From assembly GCF_006345805.1 (NCBI RefSeq), contig NC_043007.1, positions 35,650,001-35,714,000 on the forward strand: a DNA stretch of 64,000 nt, written 5' to 3'. Below the pieces are notes generated by a model. It was not told the origin of the DNA. It did not search any database and was given only the letters and a program-made list of their open reading frames with translations. The DNA is from Octopus sinensis. Its lineage: Eukaryota. A program made the translations under genes and the position numbers. Below are positions 26,005-38,376 of the stretch, in pieces (positions within the stretch are counted from its first letter, which is position 1; each line of letters starts with the position of its first letter).

Positions 26005-26250
26005 CAGTGGTTCTCAGCCAGGGTCTGTATGGCCCCTGAGAGTCCACAGAAGATTTTTGGGAGTTCACATTACGAAATGGTAAATTGGGTGTTCACAATA
26101 GTATTTTAAGGGCCCCTGAAAAAATTTTGTTTCTGATGTATCTATTGGTATGTATTGCAAGAAACAACTAGGTTTGTTTCTCTTATACAATTTACGTAGT
26201 TCAACCAACACAAGTTAATGTGTGAAAAACAAAATTAATTTTCAAAGAAC
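26005..26250 (+). mobile_element. hAT-like MITE, one end only (CAGTGGTTCTCA)
   Basis: Reverse-complement homolog at 61640-61769 sharing GGGCCCCTGAA and the CAGTGGTTCTC terminus. Confidence 0.6.
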
Positions 26251-26396
26251 TTTCTATAAAGGTGTGGCTGTGTGAGGTAAGTAGCTTGCTTACCAGCCAC
26301 ATGGTTCCGGGTTCAGTCCCATTGTGTAGTACTGTGAGCAAGTGTCTTCTACTATAGCCTTGTGAGTGGATTTGGTAGACAGAAACTGAAAGACAC

Positions 26397-26444
<48 letters not shown>

Positions 26445-26544
26445 CAGCATTTCATCCATCCTTACTTAGTGAGTTCAAATTCCACCAAGGTCAACTTTGC
26501 CTTTCATCCTTTCAGAGTTGATGAAATAAGTATCGGTTGAGTAC

Positions 26545-26772
26545 ATATTTCTTTATTACCCACAAGGGGCTAAACATGGAGGAGACAAAGACAGACAAAT
26601 GGATTAAGTCAATTGCATCAACCCCAGTGTGTAACTGGTACTTAATTTATCACCCCTGAAAGGATGAAAGGCAAAGTCGACCTCAGTGGAATTTGAACTC
26701 AGAACGCAGCGGCAGACAAAATACCACAAAGCATTTCACCCGGCGTGCTAACGTTTCTGCCAGCTCACCGCC
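26545..26772 (-). mobile_element. SINE family B, full length
   Basis: Head GGCGGTGAGCTGGCAGAAACGTTAGCAC through the tail. Confidence 0.85.
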
Positions 26773-27339
26773 TGAATATCAGTTGTGTACTGGGGTTAAT
26801 ACAGACAACTTATCTCCTTCCCTGGAACTGCTGGCCTTGTGCCAAAATTGGAAACCATTATTAAGGCACTGGTTATTTTTATCTTTTAGTCAAGAGAGAA
26901 AGGTAATTCTCATAACAGTCTCCAAGACTGGTTGAATAAAGGGGAAAAAAAAGCTTCTTTTTATTGGGGGCCTAGCCTGAATGCTTGAAACAGAGTGGTT
27001 TCTGTTGAAGACAACTGGCCATATCCAACCCAATATTCAAGCTGCTCTATGTTAAAACCAGCCAGATCCAGCCTCTCACACCTACCATATAATGTCCTAT
27101 AAAAACAAACACATCGTCGAGATCTTGAAGCTATGTGATAATGCATAATTGAGAAATTAGTGTTATTAGGGTGATAGATTGGTTAGTGTTGGATAAAAGG
27201 GTTTGCAGTATTTTAATTATGGCCATTTAGGTTCTGAGTTCAAATCCTACTGAGATCAACAATAAAACTTTTGTTGTTTTTCTTGACTTGTTTTTGTTGC
27301 TCTACCATTACTGTTATAGCCTTGTCACTTTCACACCAC

Positions 27340-27880
27340 CTATGAATCAATTGCCACTACCACCACCACCAACACCACCACTACTACCACCACCACCACC
27401 ACCACCACCACCATCATTGCCATAGTTGCCACTGCCGCCACCGCCACCGCTGCCACCACCACCACCACCACCACTACTACTACCACCACCACCACCACCA
27501 CTACTACTACTACCACCACCACCACCACCACCATCATTTCCGTAGTTGCCACTGCCACCACCACCATCGCCACCACTACCGCCACCACCACCACCACCAC
27601 CACCACCACCACGACTACCACTGCGACAACCAGCAGCTTCACCACCAGTGCAATGACCACTACCCCTACAACCATCAACGCCAATACTACTAGTCCCTTT
27701 CAACAATGTCCAGCACCACAACTGCTACCAGTGAAAACACTACCATTGCCATTGTCAAAACCACCATCATCCACCTCTACTTCTATCAATAACGTTGCTT
27801 GTACCACAAACCCATTCACACCACCATCAGTACTACCACCACCATCACCACCACTACCAACAACACCCTGACTAGTAGCA
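27340..27880. repeat. Compound (ACC)n/(ACT)n microsatellite field
   Basis: Direct reading. It explains the poly-Val, poly-Gly and poly-Thr ORFs. Similar tracts at 13070-13160, 18570-18800 and 25530-25630. Confidence 0.9.
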
Positions 27881-28267
27881 ACATACCATCATTGCTACCA
27901 GCTCCATTGAGACCTCCTTGTATTTTTCCCAGGGTAGATGAAACAGTACCAATCAAGTACTGGGGGTTGATTTAATTAATTGTTCTCTCCTCTCATTTTC
28001 TGCAAATCTGACATTGTGCTTGGGCTTACATTAGAAATTATTATCATCATCATCATCATCATCATCATTATTGTTCTTATTATCATCATTATCGTCATCA
28101 TCATTATGTAAATGTAATTATTCCTTCGAGACATTTCTTTAATTGCGATTAAAATTCTCAGTGGAGAAAACAAACAAACAAAAAATATGTATTATTAATT
28201 TTTTTATCTTGTATTTTGTATTTTACTGATGAAAAATGTCAACTGTCAATACACTGATATATATATG

Positions 28268-28315
<48 letters not shown>

Positions 28316-28371
28316 TATATATGTATGTGTGTGTATATATATATATATGTACATGTACATACATCTATATG

Positions 28372-28416
<45 letters not shown>

Positions 28417-28689
28417 ACATACTTACATCTATATGTATATATATATATGCATATATGGGTACAGGACATCACAAAACGTAAACAACATGAAATACAATAA
28501 CGACGTATGTATGTATGTATGTAGGTAGGTAGGTAGGTAGAAGGGCCATAACTCCCATGACAATTCATATATTTTTGCTGTTGATGAAATTTTAACCATT
28601 AGATATTGAACACAAATGAAGTAATATTTATACAATTTCATCTTCTTCCAAGTTAGAAAGACCCCTTCATGGGGACTTAATACCCACAA

Positions 28690-30110
28690 TTTATCTCATT
28701 TTACCTAAGCAAAGATGAATACAGTTGTACTGTTGGAAGCTGTAGGGTCACCCAAGCATAAAAATGGGCATTATTTGTAATTCAATGGTACAACAGTGTA
28801 AGAGTTTGCTGTGAGGTAATCTTAATAATCAAATTCTGTCTTGCTATTTATTTTTTAATAATTGTTGTCAATTCTCATAATATGTTATTTGGTACAGAAG
28901 GAACATAGAAGGCAACAGTACCCTGAATGAGACTGCACAGAAGTAGAAGATCGAAAGATAATATCTAGGTCTTTGAACTAGTAAGTTCTGAGAATCCAAC
29001 AGCTCATCCTGTAAACTACATCAACTTTTTTTTTTATGGATATTCTCAGATTACTTCCTAGTGTTTGACACTGTAAACCTATGAGAGGTCCTTCAGAGGA
29101 AACAGAATATTGATATTTAAGCACATCCTATATTCCAAAGTGGATGAGCTCAACTTTATCAACAATTTATTTGGTCACCTTTGCTGAAACTTAGAGTCTG
29201 TTGTGAAAACTTTTATGACACTTGTTATGTTGTTGATGTAATCAGTAAAGAGGTGTGGTCCCAAGAGAGCCCTTTGAGGTCAGTACTACTTAATAGGAAA
29301 TTCTAAATCTAGGGCAACAATTTTCTATGAATTTCTATGTTAGGTATTTTTTCTGAGAAGAATGCTTCAACTTGTTGGAGTTCCCGTTTATGAATTCTGT
29401 TTTTGAGCCATTTCTCAAAATTGAAGATTTTGTCAAAGTGGTGTAGAAATTATGTGAACCCCTGTGATTCCATACCATACACCTGATTGGCACTAAGATA
29501 TGAAGTTTCTGTTTGAAAGTGGTCCAAATTAAAACCTTATTTTTTAAATTAATCGAACCAAAAGCAATGTATTTCAAGGAAAATACGATTGTAAAAGATA
29601 ATATCTAGGTCTTCGAACTGGCAAGTTCTGAGAATCCAACAGCTCATCCTGTAAACGACATCAACTTTATTTTTGATGGAGACTCTCAGATTACTTCTAA
29701 GTGTTTGACACTGTAAATCTATGAGAGGTCCTTCAGAGGAAACAGAATATTGATATTTAAGTACATCCTACATTCCAAAGCCGCCACCACACCTAAAACC
29801 CATGCTCACTGGAGTTTTGGAGGTAGATGCCCTTCAAGAAAGCATTAATCTTGATCTCATCACTCTCTTTCAGATACTTTAAAGTTATAAGAGGTAAATG
29901 AAATCTGTTGATAGTTTACTACAAGCAACCTATATTTTCCATTTTTTACAAATTAGGATGACAGACTAGGATAGAAAATATAATTGTATATAAAGTAACA
30001 GTAAACTAACTGTAGCTTACGAGCCACAGGGGTTCTTCAAGCTACTGTGTACTGTTCCCAAGGTAATATTAGATTTCAGCTCTAGTTTTCCAACAACACT
30101 ACACCCTAGA
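28690..30110 (-). pseudogene. Highly decayed CR1/L2-like LINE reverse transcriptase
   Basis: Frameshifted motifs in correct order on the minus strand: VNYQQISFTS..KV.ER, EHGF, HFDK, GSLLGPHLFTDYINNI..KVFTTDSK (PQGS/YADD region), EDLDII. Confidence 0.6.
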
Positions 30111-30176
30111 GATGCAGGAATGAAGGAAACAAAAATATATACTACATACCACATATGTATGTGTGTACACATCTGA

Positions 30177-30214
<38 letters not shown>

Positions 30215-30371
30215 GTGTGTGTGTGTGTGATGATGATGATGATATATATATATATATATTAAAAATTATAAATAATACATATAACTCTGTATGTAGTTAC
30301 CTAACTATATACACGTATGTTTGTGAGTATACTGTTAGGTAGTTATATACAGAATAATACTCTTTTTTTTT

Positions 30372-30772
30372 TTACTCTTTTTACTTGTTTCAGTCATTTG
30401 ACTGCGGCCATGTTGGAGCACCACCTTTAGTTGAGCAAATCAACCCCAGAACTTATTCTTTGTAAGCCTAGTACTTATTCTATTGGTCTCTTTGCCAAAC
30501 CGCTAAGTTACGGGGATGTAAATACTCCAGCATCGGTTGTCAAGCAATGTTGTGGAGGACAAACACACACACAAACACACACACATATATATACATATAC
30601 ATATATACGACAGGCTTCTTTTCAGTTTCCGTCTACCAAATCCACTCACAAGGCTTTGGTCGACCCGAAGCTATAGTAGAAGACACTTGCCCAAGTTGCC
30701 ACGCAGTGAGACTGAACCCGGAACTATGTGGTTGGTAAGCAAGCTACTTACCACACAACCACTCCTGCGCCT
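30372..30772 (-). mobile_element. SINE family A, full length
   Basis: Complete match. Confidence 0.9.
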
Positions 30773-30869
30773 ACAAGCTACTCCTGTGCTTATAAATATA
30801 TAAGGAACATTAATACTCATGAGGGATAATAGTGGCCACAATCCTAAAACCATAAAGGCAAAATTCATA

Positions 30870-32190
30870 GATCTATATTAGAATTATATATAACAAGGGT
30901 GCTATAAAGCGCCAGCTTTACTAAAAATAGGAGTCAAAAATACTCCGAAGACACAAAAATTAACACTAGATTTTCACAGGTATAATTGGAAAAAAAGACT
31001 AAGTGAATAAGGATTGCACCTTAACTCTACAGAATTGCCAGAAGGAATGTCAGTTAACCTGGTATCATGATTTCGAATTTAACACCAAAAACCAAACTCG
31101 GTACACATAGCAACATTACGTCACAATTACTTTACCTCAACCAGTCCAGCTCTCACATGCTTCCTAGAGATATTGAAAGCCAACAGGTACCCTATATTCA
31201 TTGTAAATTGGCTTAAGTACCTAAGATGACAAACACGCCGAACACACAGAAAACCCAGCAACACATGCTTCCTTAAAATACCCCATTTTAGCGAGAGGAT
31301 AACTACAGCCATCCAAAAAGCCATAAAAAGAGAAGGATTAGACATACAACTAACCCACTCCGGCCCCTCTCTGAGAAAATACCTGGCAAAGAAACAAGCA
31401 ATGGACAGCAATCAATGCACACTAGCTAACTGCTCCATCCGGGACACAGTTTTATGCCAATGGGTAAATGTTGTGTATAGAATACAATGTAACATATGCA
31501 ACAAGTTCTATATGGGTAGCATAACAAGATCGTTATGCATTCACATCAAAGAACATCTGAATATGAGAGCCTTCTCCTTCAGAGGACATCCAAACAGATG
31601 CCGGAACACCAACAAAAGTATAACAGTCACAATTGAGGCTAATGAAAGAAATTTGGGTAATCTAAGAATTAAGGAAGCTATCCTCATAGACAGACTAGGG
31701 CCCTAAATTAACAAAAGGCTGGGGGGTTGGCAATATAATTATTTAGCTACATCTGGATGCATGTAGGTTCATTTTTGATTGCATCCTTGTGTATTATTGA
31801 AAAAAAAACAGAAACTACATGTATAATACATAACTTAGAAGCAGCGCTGCAGATATGCCAGCACACATGAGCTTCAGACACGGCCGCCCTCATACACTTC
31901 TCATGAGGAATTCTGGAAGGAGTTTCATGAGACCACTGCAGAGACACATCCAGAAAAAAAAATTTCAGTAACCATTGGAAAACCGATTACAGCAGTGACT
32001 CGATCAATTCCTAGTGATTTCTGAAGAAGGAATTTTTCTAGTCCGAAATATTATTATGTCAGGCTTTGGATAATTAAATTATAACAGTTATTTATAGTCC
32101 ACTCTGCATTGTTTTTGCCATTCAAGACACGTTATATTTTACAAACAATACACAGTGCTTCAAGCGAACAGCAATACTCTCTCCTATACA
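30870..32190 (+). mobile_element. Penelope-like element 3' part: RT thumb/linker + GIY-YIG + 3' terminal region ending in (TA)n
   Basis: LKIP..SERITTAIQKAIKREGLDI..HSGPSLRKYL, then C..C....C...NVVYRIQCNICNKFYMG.ITRSL..HIKEH..LRIKEAILI (ORF 31401-31706). Confidence 0.8.
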
Positions 32191-32198
32191 TACATTAC

Positions 32199-32233
<35 letters not shown>

Positions 32234-32321
32234 GATGGTTACTTCATCTTGAGAGATGATAGCCGTCCCATCAACATGCACACCACACCCCATCACATCA
32301 TATAATCACTCAGTTGATGAG

Positions 32322-32370
<49 letters not shown>

Positions 32371-32426
32371 TATACACACACACACACACACATATATTTA
32401 TGTATATGTATGCATACACACACACT

Positions 32427-32457
<31 letters not shown>

Positions 32458-32845
32458 TTATATGCAGACAGATAGATAGATACTGACAACTAGAAATTTT
32501 ACCAGCTTTATAATGTCCTGGAAAAGGAAATACTAAATGTGTATGTTCTGTGCTCCCTTTTTTTCACTCTGATTTATATTCTAGCCTTTCGAACCCACCT
32601 AAACACTTTAACTTAATCTAGAAGAGATTGTCTCCCCTATGACAGCTGGCCACCAGACAGACACCATGTGTGTGTGTGTGTGTGTGTACATATATGTATT
32701 CATAATTGTTTATTTGTTTAATTAATCTATTTGTCTAATTAAATGTATATGTATTTAACATAAACAATTGCAGCGTGGAAGGTGTTTGTAAGCCATTTAA
32801 GAAACACACAAAAGCCGTTCGATTCACTTCAACATTTAAGTTTAA

Positions 32846-32895
32846 TTTGTCAAAATATTTTCGTCGCTAAAATCCGCGACCTGTTCACTGACAAA
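32846..32895 (-). ncRNA. Hammerhead-topology motif with variant core
   Basis: Stem I TTTGTCA/TGACAAA (7 bp), stem II GTCGC/GCGAC, GAAA, palindromic AATATT. The 5' core reads GTGAACAG instead of CTGANGA. Confidence 0.4.
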
Positions 32896-33271
32896 AATCC
32901 GTGCTGCATAATTCCTGCTATAGTGACTCACAAATTACATAGCTTTCCCATTTTTTTTCTTCTTAGTTTTTTTCTTCAAGCAACTGGCACCTGTGCCAGT
33001 GGCATGTAAAAGCACCGAAAGCACACTTTCAAATGGTTGGTGTTAGGAAGGGCATCCAGCTGTAGGAACCATGCCAAATCAGACTGGAGTCTGGTGCAGC
33101 CCCTCAGCTTACCAGCTGGGGTCAAACTATACAACCCATGCCAGCATGGACAATGGACATGAAATAATGATAATGATGATGAAATACATATGTATGTATC
33201 ATCACCATCATCATCATCATCATCCAGTGTTTTAAATCCAGGTGTATATATATATATATTATATATATATA

Positions 33272-33302
<31 letters not shown>

Positions 33303-33303
<1 letters not shown>

Positions 33304-33705
33304 CTTTTACTCTTTTACTTGTTTCAGTCATTTGACTGTGGCCATGCTGGAGCACTGCCTTTAGACAAGCAAATCGAACCCAGGACTTATTCTTTGTAAG
33401 CCTACTACATATTCTATCAGTCTCTTTTGCTGAACCGCTAAGTTACGGGGACATAAACACACCACCATCGGTTGTCAAGCAATGCTAGAGGGACAAACAC
33501 AGACACACAAACATATACACACACACATATATATATATACACAACAGGCTTCTTTCAGTTTCCGTCTACCAAATCCACTCACAAGGCTTTGGTTGACCCG
33601 AGGCTATAATAGAAGACACTTACTCAAGGTGCCACGCTGTCTGACAGAAACCCGGAACCATGTCGTTGGTAAGCAAGTTACTTACCACACAGCCACTCCT
33701 ACGCC

Positions 33706-33706
<1 letters not shown>
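33303..33706 (-). mobile_element. SINE family A, full length
   Basis: Complete match. Confidence 0.9.
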
Positions 33707-33766
<60 letters not shown>

Positions 33767-34217
33767 GTATATATATATCTGGTTGACAATTGTAAATAAC
33801 AAAAGCAATGATAAAATATTTTTTTAAAATGTAGCTCCACTTCTTTTTCTTTTTACTACTTTACTCTGTCTGTCTGTCTGTCTGTCTCTCTCTCCTTTTA
33901 CATTGGCATTTCCCTCTCTTCTCCCTCTTTCTCTTGCCCTTTTTATGGGCATTTCCCCTTCTCTCTCTCCTCTCTCCTTCCCACTCTCTTTGAACGTTAC
34001 AAGTCTTCTTGGCTTTCTTCTCTTGAATAATTTCTTAAAGTATGTAAGCCACTGACTTCCTAGTAAGATTGCTGTGTTTGTGTTGCTCGCAGTATATTGT
34101 TGGTGGTGACATGTATTATTTTGTGTGTGTGTGTGTGTGTCTGTTTTAGGAGTGTGTGGGAAAAAGAGAAATAGAGGGGAACACAAATGTGAGCATAGAA
34201 TTGACCTTGATTTTGAA

Positions 34218-34272
<55 letters not shown>

Positions 34273-34292
34273 TAAAATAATAATAATAATAA

Positions 34293-34835
34293 GTACCAGG
34301 CAATGGCTCTCATGGCTTCTGATCTTAACTGATTGGAAGTGTTATCATGTACATTGTTTTTTCTTGGTATAAAAGATGGGCTACAGCAAATATTCTGCTC
34401 AATACCACAGATTTGCTTGTCAGTTGTTTGACCTTAACCAGTTGAGCATGTCCCTAAGTGGCTGACGATATGTGCATCTCTGACCACGAGCAGAAGTAGT
34501 GGGGGAGCATCATAGCCATGTGTTGAGAGGGATTCTTTGGGGTTTGAATAATTCACCTCTGGAAACATGGGTGGTTCTTTCAACATCCTTAAACAACCCT
34601 TATTCAGGGACCATTTGAGCGGGATGGGCTACTCAACCTGAAGAAAATTCTAACTGGGCTCCACCTGCAAGGTCATGTGCTGTTTATCTTGATATGAGAT
34701 CACCATGTCGCGCACATATGGTTGTGATGCATGTGCCTGGTGTACCTTTATCAGACGGGTAGTCATGATGGGTATATTGGGCTTCATATATTTTACCCCA
34801 GTGTCACTTTGATGGCATGAACTGCTCTCTCACTC
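34293..34835. mobile_element. Non-coding insert bounded by (TAA)n on both sides (candidate microsatellite-targeted retroelement 3' UTR)
   Basis: Sharp boundaries at (TAA)n 34220-34290 and 34836-34853, higher GC. Only one copy in the window. Confidence 0.4.
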
Positions 34836-35000
34836 AATAATAATAATAATAAACATTGTGTACAGTGCTCAGGTGCACTACAACTCATCTAAAGTGCATA
34901 TATAATCAGGTGTAGTTTCGACGGATTTCGGAAAGCATGAGGGCCTTAAAGGATGCAGTGTCATGGCAGTCAACAACTGACGCAGGCAGTTTATTCCATT
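34836..35000 (-). mobile_element. LINE (CR1/L2-like) extreme 3' end with ATT tail
   Basis: Minus-strand NKLPASVVDCHDTASFKALMLSEIRRNYT* resembles the WN.LP..VV...SF.. LINE C-terminus. It is followed by a short UTR and (ATT)n. Confidence 0.6.
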
Positions 35001-35227
35001 AAAATACTCAAAACCCTTGCCATAGGCTATTCTCATGAAAGTCTACTATCCATCCCTTCAGGATATATCTATATATCTGTGTGTGCGAATGTGTGTGCAT
35101 GCGTGTGTGTGTGTATGTGTTTTGTATACTCTTTTACTTGTTTCAGTCATTTGACTGTGGCCATACTGGTGCAACACCTTTAGTTGAACTAATCAACCCC
35201 AGGACTTATTCTTTGTAAGCCTACTAA

Positions 35228-35660
35228 GGATCTTTTCGGTTTGAACGGCAGTTTTTTCTAGCGGTGTTATATGAAATTGTCACCCATAATTATGACCCTA
35301 GTATCGATCTATTGCATTTCAATCTGTTTTAGGGTTAGGGTTTGTTAGGATTAGGGTTAGGGGTGGGGGGAAGGGTATCTTTTTTTCTTCACAAATGTAA
35401 ATAAACCCAATCTGTTTCTTAAATGAGGGACATATTCATACAGCACAGAATGTTCTTTACCTCAATAGACATCAGTGATTGGTTGAAATTGCAGAAATTG
35501 AAGAAAAAAAACAACAAATATCTTACAAACTATAGAATTTTCTCAATAAAGCCAAGAGAAAAAGATGTTTTATAAACACATTCTACCAGTATACGAAGTT
35601 AAAAATTTTTCAGTTACCTAGAAATTATGTTAAAAACTGCCATTCAAACCACAAAGATCC
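35228..35660. mobile_element. MITE with 29-bp TIRs and 8-bp TSD, inserted in a SINE A; carries TTAGGG-like repeats
   Basis: GGATCTTTTCGGTTTGAACGGCAGTTTTT / AAAAACTGCCATTCAAACCACAAAGATCC. TSD CCTACTAA/CCTACTAC (7 of 8). SINE A sequence resumes on both sides. Confidence 0.8.
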
Positions 35661-35689
35661 CCTACTACTCATTCTCTCGGTCTCATTTT

Positions 35690-36789
35690 TGAAGCTTCAC
35701 CATAAGTAAAATTTTGTAATGCATGCGTTTTCCACATCTGCGTCATATCTCCTTTTCACTGCGGGAAGAAGTTGATGGAAATCACCACAGTAAATTGTCA
35801 AAATTCCACCGAATGCCTCATTGTTATCGCATATGTCATGCAGAGTAAGGTCAACAGCTTTGAAGCTTTACCTCCAAATTATAGGACACTCATAGGTCTA
35901 CTGACAAATGTGGAAGTGAGTATGATTCGCCTGCCAGTATTGTGAAAATCATCACCATCATTCAATACGTTAGTAAGGCTTTTGTATGTTGTAGATCACA
36001 ATGATGTTTGATTCATTCAAATGTATTGCAGCCTATCTCCTTTAATCTTTGCAGCCATGTCAATCAAATATTGCCGAAATAAATTACCGCCTCTGAGAAG
36101 TTGGTTGAATTCATTTTCATGGTTCATTATTCGATAGGCGATGTAGCTCACTGGCATCAACTTCTTGTTGTTAATCATAAACAGGCAGTTGTATTGTCCA
36201 TGGAGGCACATGGCCTAGTGGTTAGAGCAGTGGACTCATGGTCGAGGGATCACGGGTTCGAATCTCAGACTGGGCAATGTGCGTGTTTATGAGCGAAACA
36301 CTTAAGTTCCACATGGTTCCGGCCGAAGGTAATGGCGAACTTCTGCTGACTCTTTCACCACAACTTTCTCTCACTCTTTCCTCCTGCATCTTGCAGCTCA
36401 CCTGCGATGGACCAGCGTCCTGTCCAGGTGGGGAACCTATGCGCCAAGGAAACTGGGAAACCGGCCCTAATGAGCCAGGGATGGTTCGAGAAGGAACAAA
36501 CAAAAAGTTGTATTGTCTGAGGGTTTCCCTAAACTCGTTTGCTCTAGGTTGATCAGCACTAAATAAATTGTGAAGTTCCTGGGGTAAAGGGTGCAGATTC
36601 CCCAGCCTGACTTCCCTATTCATACAGCAAAAGTTAGCAGTTTCACCATGGAAAAGCATTGCGTGACAACAGACACAGATCTTATTCATCTGTTGGCAAA
36701 GACGTTCAGCTCTCTGAGCATCAATTTCATGATGCCTGCTGCTTTTATCTCTTTCTCCCTGTTTCACTGGATGCTCAGCTCTCTGAGCA

Positions 36790-36790
<1 letters not shown>
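35690..36790 (-). mobile_element. Helitron remnant (RepHel N-terminal Zn-finger, Rep-adjacent region, PIF1 helicase motif), internally deleted
   Basis: MNKICVCCHAMLFHGETANFCC..LPQELHNLF..FRETLRQYN; YIAYRIM..FNQLLRGGNLFRQYLIDMAAKI..RLQYI; AVDLTLHDI..FGGILTIYCGDFHQLLPAV..NACI..LW. Confidence 0.85.
36199..36505 (+). mobile_element. SINE family D inserted into the Helitron ORF, 12-bp TSD
   Basis: TSD AGTTGTATTGTC at 36187-36198 and 36506-36517. Confidence 0.9.
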
Positions 36791-36823
<33 letters not shown>

Positions 36824-37261
36824 TATGTATGTATGTATGTATGTGTTTGTGTGTGTGTGTCTGTGTGTGTGTCTGTGTGTGCGTGTGTGTGTTTGTGTGT
36901 GTGTATATAAATATGTGTGTGATTGTGTGAGTGAGTTCATACTTCTCTTGTTTTTATATTTATATGTGAGCATGTGTGTGTTTATGTATGTATGTGTTTG
37001 TGTGTGTGTGTCTGTGTGTGTGTCTGTGTGTGTGCACGCGTGTGTGTGTATATAAATATGTGTGTGATTGTGTGAGTGAGTTTACCACTAGTTGCTAGTG
37101 GTAAATAATAGCTCTATTGATTGCTGTTTACAGTCAAGAACAAAAGCAGCCCAGAATTTCCTGGCGTGTATTGACATGTTGTGCAATCTTTTTATGCAAA
37201 ATGCTTGTTCATGCAGTGATGTTGATTCCAGTTCTGCACATAACCATGTCTGAACTCTTCA

Positions 37262-37493
37262 TTACTCTTTACTCTCTCTTTTACTTGTTTCAGTCAATTG
37301 ACTGTGGCCATGCTGGAGCACCACCTTTAGTCAAGCAAATCGACCCCAGAACTTATTCTTTGGAAGCCTAGTACTTATTCTATCGGTCTCTTTTGCCAAA
37401 CCGTTAAGTTACGGGGACGTAAACACCAGCATCGGTTGTCAAGCGATGTTGGGGGACAAACACTGACACACAAACATATACACACACACACCC

Positions 37494-37524
<31 letters not shown>

Positions 37525-37695
37525 CATATATACGACAGGCTTCTTTTCGGTTTCCATCTACCAAATCCACTCACAAGGCTTTGGTCGACCCGAGGCTATA
37601 GTAGAAGACACATGCCCAAGGTGCCACGCTGTGGGACTGAACCCGGAACTATGTAGTTGGTAAGCAAGCTACTTACCACACAGCCACTCCTACAC
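37262..37695 (-). mobile_element. SINE family A, full length
   Basis: Complete match. Confidence 0.9.
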
Positions 37696-38117
37696 TTATA
37701 AACTGCTCGATAAACTGTGTGATTGTCATCCTGCTTGGATACAGATAAAGCTTGGCATCTGGTAGCACATTTGGCTGTAGAAAACAGCCAAAGCATGCAC
37801 GCAAACACTTATCATTAATGAATTAACTCTTTATTGGTTTAGACTACTGATGTTCAAGTGAATTCTACTGATTATACACATACAGTACCCCACTCTCCAT
37901 CATCCCCTCAGATAATTATTTGGATTAGGTTTTGGCCTTAGTGATATATTGGTTATATAATATTCTGTTGATACTACCCTTTTTTTTATGGTGTTGTCTG
38001 TTTGTTTGTTTCATCTTAAGTTTCACGGTATTGTTCACACAACTGTGAATGTATAAATGTTTATACACTCCCATATACACTGACCTTGTCAATATATACT
38101 GTAGTCTACAGATGCAC

Positions 38118-38159
<42 letters not shown>

Positions 38160-38376
38160 GTGCCCTTTTAAAGCCTAGCCAGGTTCATGGGCATATGTGT
38201 TCCCCAGCTGGACAGGACGCCAGTCCATTGCCGCGTTACTCATTTTTGCCTGCTGAGTGGACTGGAGCAATGTGAAATGAAGTGTTTTGCTCAAGAACAC
38301 AACGCTTCGCCCGGTCCAGGAATCGAAACCACAATCTTACTATCGTGGTGCTGACACCCTAACCACTAAGCCACGA
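38160..38376 (-). mobile_element. Chimeric SINE: family E head/core + family D V-domain-like tail
   Basis: CTTGAGCAAAACACTT..CTCCAGTCCACTCAGC joined to GGACTGGCGTCCTGTCCAGCTGGGGAA..CCTGGCTAGGCTTTAAAAGGGC. Confidence 0.7.

Noticed and set aside
35329-35363. Interstitial telomere or chromosome fusion site
   Set aside because: Only a few degenerate TTAGGG units, lying inside a MITE.
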